Source: a virus
Taxonomy: Duplodnaviria; Caudoviricetes
Strand: one strand, 5' to 3'
IMG/VR virus record: IMGVR_UViG_3300025872_000066
Coordinates: 1-56,830 of that record
DNA length: 56,830 nucleotides
Shown here in pieces: positions 1 through 10,146 of the stretch; position 1 is the stretch's first letter, and each line of letters begins with the position of its first letter. A program made the translations under genes and the position numbers. The notes beneath the pieces are model-generated. The model did no database searches, was not told the DNA's origin, and saw only the letters and a list, made by a program, of their open reading frames with translations.

Positions 1-448
1 TATTACGAGACACGCTGGAGCGGTCATCGAAATACAGACTTATGCCAGTACTGGCCGAAGAGTTGTTTGTGTTGTTCAGTAAATACCGAATAGCGTCTGG
101 GTTGCTTGATGTGTCCGGTTTCCAGACAATGAACAGCGTGGAGCCGGTCGCATTGTGCAAGTAATTGAACGACGCCGTAGACGAGTCAAAGACAAGCGAC
201 TCGGTCGAATCAAAATCAACAGACCCGCGACCATTGACGCCGCTCGCGTTGTATGCGGGCTGGTTGGCCGCTGTGTTTTTTGCCGCCGGGGCTGCTGTTC
301 CACTCTTGTCTCGCCACTCGGAGACGTTGCTGCCGTTGAGCGTGATCGTTGTAATGTCAGATGCATCAAGCCACAACGACAGGCCGCTTATGCTCTTAGG
401 ACTGAACCCAGTTGAACGCGGACGCAGAAGGCGGGGGTTCATCGGCAT
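1..448 (-). CDS. 5' part of a virion/tail-associated protein with a LamG/concanavalin-like domain; runs off the window start and apparently continues at 56830-56511
   Basis: ATG at 448 reads MPMNPRLLRPRSTGFSPKSISGLSLWLDASD..., and the frame near base 1 reads ...GISLYFDDRSSVSRN. The frame matches the ORF ending at 56511. Not in the ORF track because it is truncated. Confidence 0.75.
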   Translation of the reverse strand, partial: MPMNPRLLRPRSTGFSPKSISGLSLWLDASDITTITLNGSNVSEWRDKSGTAAPAAKNTAANQPAYNASGVNGRGSVDFDSTESLVFDSSTASFNYLHNATGSTLFIVWKPDTSSNPDAIRYLLNNTNNSSASTGISLYFDDRSSVSRN

Positions 449-452
449 GCGA

Positions 453-779
453 CTACCCCTTCAGGCTGACAGTCAGCACCGCAGAAGTGCCACCCACAAG
501 CACAGGAGCCACGTGCGGAAACGCAAAGCAGGCGTCAGGCACCGGGTGTGCCCCGACAGTCACAGCCGTGGTCACGGCGGATCCATCGGCGTAAATCTGC
601 ACCGGAGTGCTTTCGGCAGCGGATGCCCCGTACCAGGCGATCTGCGTCGCCCCGCCGGTGCTGGCGATGAACACGCACCCACCGGCAAAGCGACCAAACG
701 GGAACCGCGGCGTTGTGGTGGCCGCGGAGCTTGCGGCAGTGACAGTTACCAGCGTCTGCGAGCGTTCAATTTCGTTCAT
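453..779 (-). CDS. small beta-rich virion protein (hypothetical)
   Basis: 108 aa ORF, Ala/Thr/Val/Gly-rich, tightly packed in the late operon (4-bp overlap with the upstream gene). Confidence 0.7.
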   Translation of the reverse strand: MNEIERSQTLVTVTAASSAATTTPRFPFGRFAGGCVFIASTGGATQIAWYGASAAESTPVQIYADGSAVTTAVTVGAHPVPDACFAFPHVAPVLVGGTSAVLTVSLKG

Positions 780-1309
780 TTTCCCTTCCTCTTGAGCGGA
801 TGCGCGTGCTTTTCGATGATCATGTGACGCAGGTCCTCCGGCTTCTTGCCGGGGTGGAGCTTGCGGTAGCGACGCATCTCCTCTTGGATAATGCCCTCAG
901 AGAGGACGGCCCGCTTCGGAGGAACTGGCGTCCCCTTGTGGTTGACAATGCCCTCAACCGTCAGGTTCCGCTTCCGGGCGACGCGGACGATATCCGCTGT
1001 CGAATCGATCCACGCCTCGGGGTCGCAGTAGGCGCGCTTGTCGGCAAGGCCGGCGCAGTACTGCTTGCCGTTGGTGTTAATCCCGGCAGCGGCGGCCTCA
1101 CGGATGATCCGCTGGGCCATCTTCTTGGGCATGTCGTCAAACTGCTCTTGGTTCAGGCGGCCCTGATTGAAAGCCCTGTCTGTGCCCTTAGTCCCGGGGG
1201 GCGTCTGCAGGGCGACCATCTCGGCCCATCGCTCGCCGTAGGGCAGGGCGGCCTTGTACGTTTCAACGGCCGCATAGCCGGCGTCACTGATCTGCTGGGG
1301 GATTTGCAT
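776..1309 (-). CDS. hypothetical protein downstream of portal
   Basis: Start chosen at MQIPQQISDAG (ATG 1309), overlapping the portal 3' end. The longer ORF start lies in the portal's Pro-rich tail. Confidence 0.75.
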   Translation of the reverse strand: MQIPQQISDAGYAAVETYKAALPYGERWAEMVALQTPPGTKGTDRAFNQGRLNQEQFDDMPKKMAQRIIREAAAAGINTNGKQYCAGLADKRAYCDPEAWIDSTADIVRVARKRNLTVEGIVNHKGTPVPPKRAVLSEGIIQEEMRRYRKLHPGKKPEDLRHMIIEKHAHPLKRKGK

Positions 1310-3290
1310 TCTGCGGATCCTGGGGTGGTTGCCCTGGCGGAGGACCAGGCGGCGGCGGAGGAGGCGGAGGCACCAGGTACCGCTGGACGTCGATGTCCAT
1401 GGCCCGGCCCCAGTCTTCCAACAGGGCATTGAGGACTTGCGGGTTTCCGGCCTGCATGAGCCCCTGTGCGATGGGCATGAGGACCTGCAGGGCCTGGTTG
1501 ATCTGCTCCACCTTGGTGCCCTTGTTGGGCTTCCTGGCGCTGCCGGCCTCTACGCGGAAGTCGAACTCCCGTAGCACCTCTTCTGGGCTCATCGCCTGTA
1601 CGTGCATCTGCCAGGCCTGGGCGGCCATCGGCCCCAGGAGCGGCGCGACGTCCTGCGGCTGCACCAACCACCGCGCCAGGAGGGCCTCTTTGCGGGCCAG
1701 TTCCGATAGGGCGTCTTCCAATGTGTTGGCCATATCGTCAGGCCGCACGGAAATCTGCTCGGCCTTCACGGAGGCCTCAGCAGCAGAGCGGAACTGATTC
1801 CGCGACATGCCGTACACCAGCTCGGTCAGGCCGACCCGGCGGTCGAACAGCTCAGTAACAGCCTGGATAATGTTCCACATGTCGCTGCTAACGCCCGGCA
1901 GCTGGAACACACTGATCACATCGTTGACAGACCGGCCGATAGCCTCAGATATCTCAACGATATTAAAGCCCGATTCACCGCCGTCCAGGATCTTGGACTT
2001 CAGGTTCTCGTCTGCGGCCTTTGCTACACCGATGAGCGTGTTGGACGAGGTGGCGATCTTGGTCGCCATGAAAGATACCGCCCAGTTGACGAACCTTAAT
2101 TCGCCAATGCCAGGTTTTATCAATGAGATAGGGTAACTGTACCCCGGCTTACCATGCCACTGCAGGACAGTACATGGCCAGCCGTTAGGTTCCGCCCAGA
2201 ATGGGATCGGCCACTGAGCGGCGGCAAACAGGCTCTGCGGTAGACCCGTCTCGTCTACCTCCTCCTGGAGCATTTCAGGCGAGATATTGAGCGGATGATC
2301 CACGCCCTCGCAGACGACGAGGTAACAGTAGTCGCCCAGGGCGTCGAACTTGCCGCGCAGCTCCGCATCAGCGTCCTTCAGGCGATCACCGAACCCGGTC
2401 TTGCTGTAGATTTCCCAGTAGGTGACCAGGTCGTTGGTCTGGCCGTTCTTCTTCTTCGTCTCATAGCCCCGCTCGTCCTTACGGCTGCGGGACTCATAGC
2501 TCTCAGAATGGCCTTTCAGGTCTTCGACCGACAGGCCGAACCGCTGGGCCACAAACTCCTTCGGGTGCGTCCTGCGACGGGCCAGCCAGAGGATGTCGTT
2601 CTGGTCATCAGCGTCTGGGTCCCAGACGACATTGTCGAAGGACTCGTAGAACGAGCCGGCTAGACGCATCTCTGACCCGGGCGGCTGGTACAGCTCCGTA
2701 AACCAGCACCCGGCGCCCTTGATCAGGGCCTCGTCCACCACCTTGCGGGACTGATCCTTCAGGTTCAATTCGACCGGCGTGTAGTTCAGGTAGTCCTCAA
2801 GGAGCCTGCTGATCAAGTTCCGCTTCTCGGACGCGAACTGCGTCTGCTGCAGGAGCTGCTCGTAGAACTGCTGCCCAGGGTCCGGCATCATCACCGGCTG
2901 CCCATCCGGCCCAATGACAGGCTGGCCGTCCGGCCCCATCTGCGGCACGGGCGGCTGCGGGTAGATGCCCAACATCGGCGGACTGATGATGGGGTACTGC
3001 CGCGGCGTGACGTTCCGATTCGGATTCCGGTGGTGAATCACCGCCCCGAACAGCCGCACGGCCTCCCAAACCCGGTTAATGGTCATCCGGAAGGCCGGCG
3101 GCGTGATGCCCTTCACAAAACCCTTTTCGCCCCGCATGTACTCATTGCGGAACATCCAGGCGTTTTCGCCGTCGTAGAACTGCATGGCCTCGTCAGCGTC
3201 TTCCTGGAAGGGGCGCTTGTGCTTAAGCGCGATTTCCAGCTTGCTGAGCCAGGCCTTGGCGATGGGGCGAAGTGGGTTTTGATCTGCCAT
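1284..3290 (-). CDS. portal protein (podovirus-like)
   Basis: 668 aa, downstream of TerL. Helical content, SAAEA motif, FDFRVEAGS segment and Pro/Gln-rich C-terminal tail are typical of podoviral portals. Confidence 0.85.
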   Translation of the reverse strand: MADQNPLRPIAKAWLSKLEIALKHKRPFQEDADEAMQFYDGENAWMFRNEYMRGEKGFVKGITPPAFRMTINRVWEAVRLFGAVIHHRNPNRNVTPRQYPIISPPMLGIYPQPPVPQMGPDGQPVIGPDGQPVMMPDPGQQFYEQLLQQTQFASEKRNLISRLLEDYLNYTPVELNLKDQSRKVVDEALIKGAGCWFTELYQPPGSEMRLAGSFYESFDNVVWDPDADDQNDILWLARRRTHPKEFVAQRFGLSVEDLKGHSESYESRSRKDERGYETKKKNGQTNDLVTYWEIYSKTGFGDRLKDADAELRGKFDALGDYCYLVVCEGVDHPLNISPEMLQEEVDETGLPQSLFAAAQWPIPFWAEPNGWPCTVLQWHGKPGYSYPISLIKPGIGELRFVNWAVSFMATKIATSSNTLIGVAKAADENLKSKILDGGESGFNIVEISEAIGRSVNDVISVFQLPGVSSDMWNIIQAVTELFDRRVGLTELVYGMSRNQFRSAAEASVKAEQISVRPDDMANTLEDALSELARKEALLARWLVQPQDVAPLLGPMAAQAWQMHVQAMSPEEVLREFDFRVEAGSARKPNKGTKVEQINQALQVLMPIAQGLMQAGNPQVLNALLEDWGRAMDIDVQRYLVPPPPPPPPGPPPGQPPQDPQNANPPADQ

Positions 3291-3304
3291 GAGGGCGTCC
3301 TGGG

Positions 3305-3613
3305 CTACTTCTTATTGCCCTGAACCGCCTTCTCCAGGGCCGAAAGCCGCTCGGAGATCCCGGCAATGCGGGGATCCCGCGGACGATGCTCCCAGATGCC
3401 GAACTCCCGCCACTGGGGCGAGTCCGCCAGTCGCGGGTCGTCCTTATGCCGGACGCTCGGCTTATCCACACCGCCATAGCCAGGCGACAGGGCCCACAGC
3501 TCCAGCGTCTCCTTGCCCACCTTGGTGACGAAGGCCATGTTGGGCTCGGCACCCTCATGGGCGTAATACAGCACCGTCTCGCCAACTGACACCGCGGGGA
3601 TCGTCCAGCTCAT
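3305..3613 (-). CDS. hypothetical protein
   Basis: 102 aa ORF filling the TerL-portal gap. Confidence 0.75.
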   Translation of the reverse strand: MSWTIPAVSVGETVLYYAHEGAEPNMAFVTKVGKETLELWALSPGYGGVDKPSVRHKDDPRLADSPQWREFGIWEHRPRDPRIAGISERLSALEKAVQGNKK

Positions 3614-3615
3614 CG

Positions 3616-5301
3616 CTAACCCTTTCTTTGGGGACCTAGGACCACAAAACCCTTGCCGTCATCGCCCAGCCGCTTCTTCTTGTCCGCCAGCCACTTCACA
3701 TACCAGGGCTCTGGGCCAGGTCGTTGCGGAGGGCGGTGATAGGTGGGCTCGTACGCGCACAGGTATTCCAAGCACTGACACGTATGGATTTCGCCACGGG
3801 CGTTTGGCGTGTCGGTGATGAACGGGCCGTTGGCCGTCTGGATCACCTTTTTCTTGTAGCGCCGCAGCTCGCGGAACAGCTCCGGCGTGGCCCCCTCCAG
3901 GAACTTCAGCTTCGTACTCCCGTCGCCCCGGATATGCAGCATCTGCCGGACAAGACCCGTACGGGCCTGAATGTCATCGGATCCGGCGATGAACTGGTGG
4001 CCTGTCATTTGGGCGCGGACGCCGCGGTCGCGAAGCTGCTCTGAGTACAGCTCTGACGGCAGCCGGCCTGACCCAAGGTCACGCAGGGCACCGCCGTGCA
4101 TGTCCATGATGAATGCATAGAAGTGCTGCCCGTCCACCTTGCGGGCGAACTCCTCGCCAAAGATCAGGGCGTTGCAGTTGCGGATGTAGAGTTCGTCATA
4201 GATCAGCAGGAACCGCTCGTCTGGCGGCACAGCCCCGAACACCGCAGCCATGACCGCGTGGCCAGGATCAATCGCCACGTACCGCGTCCACTCGGGCGGT
4301 ACACCTTCAGGCATCTCCGACTTTGGAAGGACATGCACCGCGGGATTAAATGACGGGTACATGAGGATGCTGTCCTGGGTGAACTCACCCTCGGCACGCA
4401 TCCGCAGCTCATCCACGCCCAGGGCGGACCACCGGGCGATGTTCTTCTCCTTCTCTTTGGAGTCGATATGGGCGTTGTCCAAAAATCTGAGGACGAACTT
4501 CCTGATGTTGGGCGGCGTGACGCCCAGCTCGGCTTCGCGGTCGGCACGCTCGCACAGACCCAGCAGCGCGTCGTTCTTAGAGTGCGGCATAGCACTCCAC
4601 AGCAGACGGCCTTTGCGGTCTGCGAGGCGGGCCTGCATTTCGCCCACCCATGCGGGCTGAGGGATATCCTCGTCAAAATGCACCAAATCGGCCTGAAACC
4701 CCTGCGGCGGCTCTGATTCGGCAGAGAAGAAGTTGATCTGCCAGCCGTTCGTCAGTGTCACCTTCTGGCAGTAGCCGGCGTTCTTCAGCACCCATGAGGT
4801 GTCCACCACAAACCGCGGCGGGATCAGCGGCGGCGCCGGCTTGCAGTCCTTGATCCTGTCGGCGTCCGTGGTCGGCCGGTACGCTCGCCACTCACCCGTC
4901 TCCAGGTCACGGATGATCTTGAAGGCCCCGGCCTTGAAGAGCATCGGGTACGCCACCAGGCCGATGTGCGGCCAGTTGCGGCCCACCACCACCAGGTTGC
5001 CGTCCTTCACCGGGTACTTCCCGAACGGGTCCTGGCCTGTGGCCGCGCGGGCATCTTCTACGAACGTAGAGAGCGACTTGCCGCTGCGGTTGCCGCCGAG
5101 AACGATCCGCTCGGAAGCCATGCAGGAGTGCATCTCCTGCTGCGAGGCCATCGGCTCGTACAGACGAAGGGCCTCTATCTTGCGGCTCTTCAGCTCCGCC
5201 TGGACCTCTTTCAGCACCTCCAGCGAGTGCGTCGATACGTTGGCCCCTAAATCCACCGGAGGTTTCGGCGGATCAGGTATCTGGCGTGGGTGCTTTTTCA
5301 A
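3616..5301 (-). CDS. terL: terminase large subunit
   Basis: Walker A GGNRSGKS, Walker B-like VHFDED, nuclease-domain YVAIDPG. Likely TTG start at 5301 after a GGAGGA RBS (ORF track start 5334). Confidence 0.92.
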   Translation of the reverse strand: MKKHPRQIPDPPKPPVDLGANVSTHSLEVLKEVQAELKSRKIEALRLYEPMASQQEMHSCMASERIVLGGNRSGKSLSTFVEDARAATGQDPFGKYPVKDGNLVVVGRNWPHIGLVAYPMLFKAGAFKIIRDLETGEWRAYRPTTDADRIKDCKPAPPLIPPRFVVDTSWVLKNAGYCQKVTLTNGWQINFFSAESEPPQGFQADLVHFDEDIPQPAWVGEMQARLADRKGRLLWSAMPHSKNDALLGLCERADREAELGVTPPNIRKFVLRFLDNAHIDSKEKEKNIARWSALGVDELRMRAEGEFTQDSILMYPSFNPAVHVLPKSEMPEGVPPEWTRYVAIDPGHAVMAAVFGAVPPDERFLLIYDELYIRNCNALIFGEEFARKVDGQHFYAFIMDMHGGALRDLGSGRLPSELYSEQLRDRGVRAQMTGHQFIAGSDDIQARTGLVRQMLHIRGDGSTKLKFLEGATPELFRELRRYKKKVIQTANGPFITDTPNARGEIHTCQCLEYLCAYEPTYHRPPQRPGPEPWYVKWLADKKKRLGDDGKGFVVLGPQRKG

Positions 5302-5815
5302 CTTCCTCCGTGATCGGCAGGACCTTGGCGTCAATCACCGGGAGGCCGCGGATCGTCGCCGCCGCCTCCAGGAGTCGCTGCCGCAGCTCGTCCTCCAGCT
5401 CATCCTCGCTCCACAGGGCCAGGGGCTTCTTCGCCCCGCCTAGGGCCGTATTGCTCGTCACCAGGCGGACGATAGTGTCCAGCTGCTTGGTGCGAAACGC
5501 CCCACCAGGAGGCGAGTCGTAGTATTGCTTCAGGAACAGGTTGGCGAACCCGCGTGTGCCGCCCATGTACTCCAGGATCGTCTCCAGCATCTCGCTGGAG
5601 TGCGGGATGTTCGCCCCGCCAAGCCTGGCAGCCTGGCAGAACGCATCCACGGAGTCGCGTTCGATCTTGTCCAGCCGCTCATCCTTGCGACGCTTGCGGC
5701 GTTTCCGCTCATACTCCGCCCGGCAGGTCTTGCAGCGAGAGTGCTTGCGCCCGTCCGACGTCACGTTGTAGGACGAGTCCGGCAGCTCTTTCTTGCAGCC
5801 CAGGCAGGTCTTCAT
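5273..5815 (-). CDS. Zn-finger protein, candidate terminase small subunit
   Basis: CxxC...CxxC N-terminus (CLGC, CKTC), basic helix and helical body; directly upstream of TerL. The TerS call is positional only. Confidence 0.55.
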   Translation of the reverse strand: MKTCLGCKKELPDSSYNVTSDGRKHSRCKTCRAEYERKRRKRRKDERLDKIERDSVDAFCQAARLGGANIPHSSEMLETILEYMGGTRGFANLFLKQYYDSPPGGAFRTKQLDTIVRLVTSNTALGGAKKPLALWSEDELEDELRQRLLEAAATIRGLPVIDAKVLPITEEVEKAPTPDT

Positions 5816-7212
5816 CGAACCCAATACCAGACGTTGCCGTCAGTTGTGTAGTTATCGAATGATTCAGCCACTGCCTGGCGAACGCCTGGGAATGTCAGAT
5901 AGTCATGCCCGGCCACTATGACCTTGGCCTTTGGGGCCCACGCCAGGATGTCGGCCAACACAGACGCATAGTCATGCTCGGCATCGATGTAGACGATGTC
6001 GAACTTCCCATCCGCAAAGTGCTTTGCGCACTCCGGCGAGCGGGCTTGGTGATAGCCGATGTCGTACATGGCTGTATTCTGGCGGAACACCTGAAGCGGC
6101 GGGCCAAATGAGCCGTCGTACGCCTGGCACCCAGCGTCGTTCTTGGACCCCTCCCACGTATCGACGCACAGCACCTTTGCTCCGGCCTTAGCCATGACGA
6201 TGGCGGACTTGCCAGCCCAGGATCCGATCTCGCACACGTACGGGCGGCGGCCGTGCCGCACCGTGAAGTCCTTGATCAGCCGCGTCAGCGCCTGGGCATC
6301 ACGCTCTGGCAGGTCCATGCCCATGCTGATAAAAGACTGCTCCCGTGGGAGGGTTGCCAGCCACGCCGGAGTCGGCAGGTCCACCAGCTTCGTCGCGCCG
6401 TCGAAGTTGCCTTCCCAGTACCCCTTCAGCTTGTCGCTAATCCCCTTGGCGTCGATCACCCGCGGCTTGCCGACGCACTTGGGCTTCCAGTGCCCGGCCC
6501 AAGAATCCCAGTTGCAGTAGACCGGGTTGTAGCCCAGCTTCTGCGTTCCGGCCATGGACAGGTCGCGGGTCTGGGTGACGTCCTCCGTGGACGCCTTCTC
6601 GGCCGCGAAGTGGTCCTTCCACTCATAGTAGAACCAGGGCTTGTCGGCGTCGCTCTTGGGCTCGGTCAGCTCAAACGCCCGCATGTCGTACATGATCAGG
6701 CCGGTCGGGAGCGCGGCGCACTCCTGGATGCCGGCCATCTTTACGGCTGTGTGGCGGTCATACATCTCCAGCTGAAAGTCCGGATTTGGGTTGTCTGACT
6801 GGAGATTGTTCCACCGGAACACGTAGACGTTCTCTACCGGCGGCGGGCCGCAATACGGGGCACCGATGACACACGGCCCAGTGTGGTAGTGATTGACCAG
6901 GAAGTCGAAGCTGCTCTTGAAGAACGGCTTCGCGTCCGGCATGCCGGCGTCCATGTCCGGCTTCATGTCCGAATCAACCATAACAAGCACATCCACGCCG
7001 TACTCACGGGCCATGACCACCGCCCTGTTGCGGGTCATGGTGATCGGCGTGTCGGACAGGTTCCAAACGCGGATGTTATCGATACGCGGGTCTTTGTGGG
7101 CTTCCAGGAGAACTGGAATCATCCACTCACGGATGTCAGGCACCTCGGAGGAAATGCCGCCGTTACCGCCGTAGGAGAAAGTAACGATGCCGACGTTGAA
7201 CTTCTGCTGCAT
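5812..7212 (-). CDS. GT-A glycosyltransferase-like domain fused to a class I SAM-dependent methyltransferase (Methyltransf_24-like)
   Basis: N-half: TRNRAV, VMVDSD (DxD), ALPTGLIMYD. C-half: CEIGSWAGKS, CVDTW, VYIDAEHDY, AGHDY. Confidence 0.8.
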   Translation of the reverse strand: MQQKFNVGIVTFSYGGNGGISSEVPDIREWMIPVLLEAHKDPRIDNIRVWNLSDTPITMTRNRAVVMAREYGVDVLVMVDSDMKPDMDAGMPDAKPFFKSSFDFLVNHYHTGPCVIGAPYCGPPPVENVYVFRWNNLQSDNPNPDFQLEMYDRHTAVKMAGIQECAALPTGLIMYDMRAFELTEPKSDADKPWFYYEWKDHFAAEKASTEDVTQTRDLSMAGTQKLGYNPVYCNWDSWAGHWKPKCVGKPRVIDAKGISDKLKGYWEGNFDGATKLVDLPTPAWLATLPREQSFISMGMDLPERDAQALTRLIKDFTVRHGRRPYVCEIGSWAGKSAIVMAKAGAKVLCVDTWEGSKNDAGCQAYDGSFGPPLQVFRQNTAMYDIGYHQARSPECAKHFADGKFDIVYIDAEHDYASVLADILAWAPKAKVIVAGHDYLTFPGVRQAVAESFDNYTTDGNVWYWVR

Positions 7213-7267
7213 GTGTCACCCAGGGGGATAGGTGGACAAACGTACCAATTTCTTGAATCTGGAACAA

Positions 7268-8209
7268 CTAAAAGTACCGACGTCCGTCAGGGCCCATCGG
7301 GCTCTGCGGCAGGTAGTGCATGTCGTTGCCCATGCCTTCTGGGCCGTAGACGTCTGGCTGTCCCGGCGGCCGGTACGGCTCGCCTTGCGACGGCGGCTCC
7401 TTTGGCTGCGCCGTCCCAGGGGTGGAAGGAGCGCCCTTAACCCATCCAGTTCCAGGCTTGGGCTGATACCCAGGGTTGGGCATCTGCACGCTTTGCCCCG
7501 TCTGCGGGTTGTGCCAGTTGACGACCATCCCGAACTGCGGGCCACCACCCGCGACGAAGTCAGGGTGCGGAGACTGCGGAGCGGCCTGCGGCGGCTGATT
7601 CTTGCGGTAGTTCTTGATGGCGAGCTGGCTCTTGCGGTAGTTCTCCTGGTTGTCGGCAATCTGCTTCTTCAGCTGCTCGTCCTTCACCTGCTTGGCAGCC
7701 TCGGCGTTCTGTGACGGCAGGAAGGGCTTGTTGTCCTTCCACATGACAGACTCGCCGTTTCGTATGGCCTCCCGCTGCAGGGCCTCTAGCTGGATCTGCT
7801 TCTGGGCCTCACGCAGGCGGTCCTGCATGTCCATCTGGGCGCGGGCCTCTTCCATCAGCTTTCGGATGGGGTCCGTGTCCTGCGGCGGGCGAGGCGGCAC
7901 GGCCGTCTGCTGCGGGGCCAGGGACCCGGTATTACGGACTCGCTCTTCGGCGGCACGGCGAACCTCTTCTGGCGTGCCTGGGGCGAACGAGATCATCGGG
8001 CCAGCGGGGCCTGGCGACGGAGCGCCGTAGCCAAGCTCCGACAGACGCTGGCGGTAGTACGATTCGATGTACTCCGGCGATGTGCCACGCGGAAAGCCGC
8101 GCAGCACGCCAAGGCGGGCCAGTTCCTCCTGGGAGGGCAGCGGACCAGAGTACGGCCCGGACGGCATAGCCAGCCGAGGATTCGTCGGATCGTCATAGGC
8201 GCGAATCAC
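7268..8209 (-). CDS. Pro/Gln-rich hypothetical protein, possible internal virion protein
   Basis: 313 aa, GTG start after a GGAG RBS, coiled-coil centre with DPIRKLME. Confidence 0.7.
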   Translation of the reverse strand: MIRAYDDPTNPRLAMPSGPYSGPLPSQEELARLGVLRGFPRGTSPEYIESYYRQRLSELGYGAPSPGPAGPMISFAPGTPEEVRRAAEERVRNTGSLAPQQTAVPPRPPQDTDPIRKLMEEARAQMDMQDRLREAQKQIQLEALQREAIRNGESVMWKDNKPFLPSQNAEAAKQVKDEQLKKQIADNQENYRKSQLAIKNYRKNQPPQAAPQSPHPDFVAGGGPQFGMVVNWHNPQTGQSVQMPNPGYQPKPGTGWVKGAPSTPGTAQPKEPPSQGEPYRPPGQPDVYGPEGMGNDMHYLPQSPMGPDGRRYF

Positions 8210-8391
8210 GGGCCTTCTCCTGTGTTCACGGTGATGGCGTTCATCCCTAGATTGCCCTGCATGGGCATGCGGAGACGCTCAGCGTCCGCTTGGGGGTTGG
8301 CGGCGCGGGACTCCATAATCAACTGTCTTAGGAAGTCCGCGTTCTGTAACGCAGCCGCGTCGCCGTACGATGGGATGAACTGCTGTTCCAT
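8206..8391 (-). CDS. small hypothetical protein
   Basis: 61 aa, 4-bp overlap with the next gene. Confidence 0.6.
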   Translation of the reverse strand: MEQQFIPSYGDAAALQNADFLRQLIMESRAANPQADAERLRMPMQGNLGMNAITVNTGEGP

Positions 8392-8395
8392 ATAA

Positions 8396-8433
8396 GCGAA
8401 AAGCCTCTGACCCAGTTGCCCAGGTCAGAGGCT
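8396..8433 (-). terminator. rho-independent terminator after the capsid/decoration genes
   Basis: AGCCTCTGACC/GGTCAGAGGCT 11-bp stem followed by a short T run on the minus strand. Confidence 0.75.
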
Positions 8434-8460
8434 CCCCCCTAGCCCCTTGCAGGGCATGTA

Positions 8461-9015
8461 TCAGCTGCGGACGAGGTTAACCACCGCCAGGACGTTCTGG
8501 CCGGTAGTGCCGGCCGAGAGCGCCCGGCCGATGTACCCATTGGCCAGGTACGTGGCCGCGCCAGTCTGAGCCTGACCAGCCGTGGTGGACACGGTGCTGG
8601 TGGCAGCCGTGAGAGCCACAAGGGCCGAATCGACCGCGGCAGTCTGGGCAGGGCCCAGCTTGACCTCGGTCGGACCACTGACGGTGATCCAGAACACATC
8701 GTTGGCCGCCACGCCGCTAGCCGGCAGATGCTCGTCCACAACACCGGCCGACGCAGCGTCCGTAGCGGACGTATAGCCGTCCACCTCGCTGAACGAGCCG
8801 CTCTTGAAGACCACTACCCGCTTCGGCAGGAGCGTCACGCCGGAGGCGTTCCGCACCGCCACGCACACCTTGCGGCGGTTAGAACGAATCTTGCCCGTCG
8901 CCGGATCTACGTCAGGAAACTCTTTGACAGCGCCCACCCAACCGCCACCATCCGACGCCGAACTGACGCCGAGAGTCTGGCCGAGAGAGAACGGAGGATC
9001 AACCAACAGAGACAT
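8461..9015 (-). CDS. capsid decoration/cement-like protein
   Basis: 184 aa directly after the MCP, AAGGAG RBS, Ala/Gly/Val-rich with AGVVD...FWITVSGP...IGRAL segments. Confidence 0.65.
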   Translation of the reverse strand: MSLLVDPPFSLGQTLGVSSASDGGGWVGAVKEFPDVDPATGKIRSNRRKVCVAVRNASGVTLLPKRVVVFKSGSFSEVDGYTSATDAASAGVVDEHLPASGVAANDVFWITVSGPTEVKLGPAQTAAVDSALVALTAATSTVSTTAGQAQTGAATYLANGYIGRALSAGTTGQNVLAVVNLVRS

Positions 9016-9030
9016 GCGTTACTCCTTAGA

Positions 9031-10137
9031 TCAGGCGAGGGCCTTCCACTTAATGAACGACCTGGGCGACTTGAACTTCAGGTTGCCCAACGTAGACACC
9101 ACAAATCGATATGACTGACTCGTTTCGTCGTAGAACGGGCCCTCACTGTTGAACATCTGCGACTCCATGTTCAGGAGTTCGCAGTTGCCGATTGCGAGGC
9201 CATACGCACAGCCAGCCGGCACGGCGTACTCGGTGCCCAGCTCCACGCCGTCGAACTCCACCGTGGTGAAGCCCAGCGACTTCAGGCCGTTCTCCTTGCT
9301 GACGACGAACCGCTGCTTGTCGTCATAGGCGTTCAGGAAGTCCACGTAGAGCTTCCGGTCCATGACGATCAGGTCAACGGCGTCTTCCTTGGTGTCGTTC
9401 CGCTTAGCAAAATGCAGGCCCTCACGGAGAGCCTTGATGCAGTTCGCCGCCCACGTGCTGCCACCGAAGTAGGTGCTGCTGTGGTTGACAATGAGAGGCG
9501 CGTAAAAGTCATACTCGCTGTCAGCCTTGCCAGCCGGCCAGACGCCCTCCAGCTGCGAGCCACCGTAGTAGCCCAGCTGCGTGCTGAGGCCGGCGTACGT
9601 GTCGCTCGGGTAGCCAAACGGGTCAGCCGCATTGGCCGAACGCTGCGTACCATCACTGACGTTAATGGTGCCGTTGTTGGACAAAAACGACTCAAGGCCA
9701 TGGTACCGCAGCTCGTTACCAGCCTGGTTACCGTCGATCCATACCTCCTGGCTGAGGTACTGTTCGATGCTCGTCAGGAGCCGCGAACTCATCTTACCGG
9801 CGACGTTAACCAACGCGCTGGCGCCGCGGTTCTCCAGCATCTCCTTGCGGAACAGCGAGTCGGTGGCTTGGTAGCCACGGTACTCCAGCTCCGCCTTCTT
9901 CCACAGGTTCTGGCGAGCGAACGAACGGGGAGTTTCTCCGTTGTTACCAGACGGCTTATGCAGGCGGTACGACACCTCCCAGTCGAAGCCCCTGCCGGCC
10001 ATGTTCATACGAACACCGCCGCGCTGCTCAATGGCAGCCAGAACCATGTACTTGCGGAGGGAAGCAATCTCTTCCTCACGCAGATGGTTTACAATCGTCG
10101 TTGCAATACTGCGCGCGAAATCCGTGGTAGACGCCAT
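9031..10137 (-). CDS. major capsid protein
   Basis: 368 aa after a scaffold-like gene, AGGAG RBS. HK97-like features: YHGLESF, VDLIVMD, LGFTTVEFDGV, GNL near the C-terminus. Confidence 0.85.
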   Translation of the reverse strand: MASTTDFARSIATTIVNHLREEEIASLRKYMVLAAIEQRGGVRMNMAGRGFDWEVSYRLHKPSGNNGETPRSFARQNLWKKAELEYRGYQATDSLFRKEMLENRGASALVNVAGKMSSRLLTSIEQYLSQEVWIDGNQAGNELRYHGLESFLSNNGTINVSDGTQRSANAADPFGYPSDTYAGLSTQLGYYGGSQLEGVWPAGKADSEYDFYAPLIVNHSSTYFGGSTWAANCIKALREGLHFAKRNDTKEDAVDLIVMDRKLYVDFLNAYDDKQRFVVSKENGLKSLGFTTVEFDGVELGTEYAVPAGCAYGLAIGNCELLNMESQMFNSEGPFYDETSQSYRFVVSTLGNLKFKSPRSFIKWKALA

Positions 10138-10146
10138 GTGTTACTC

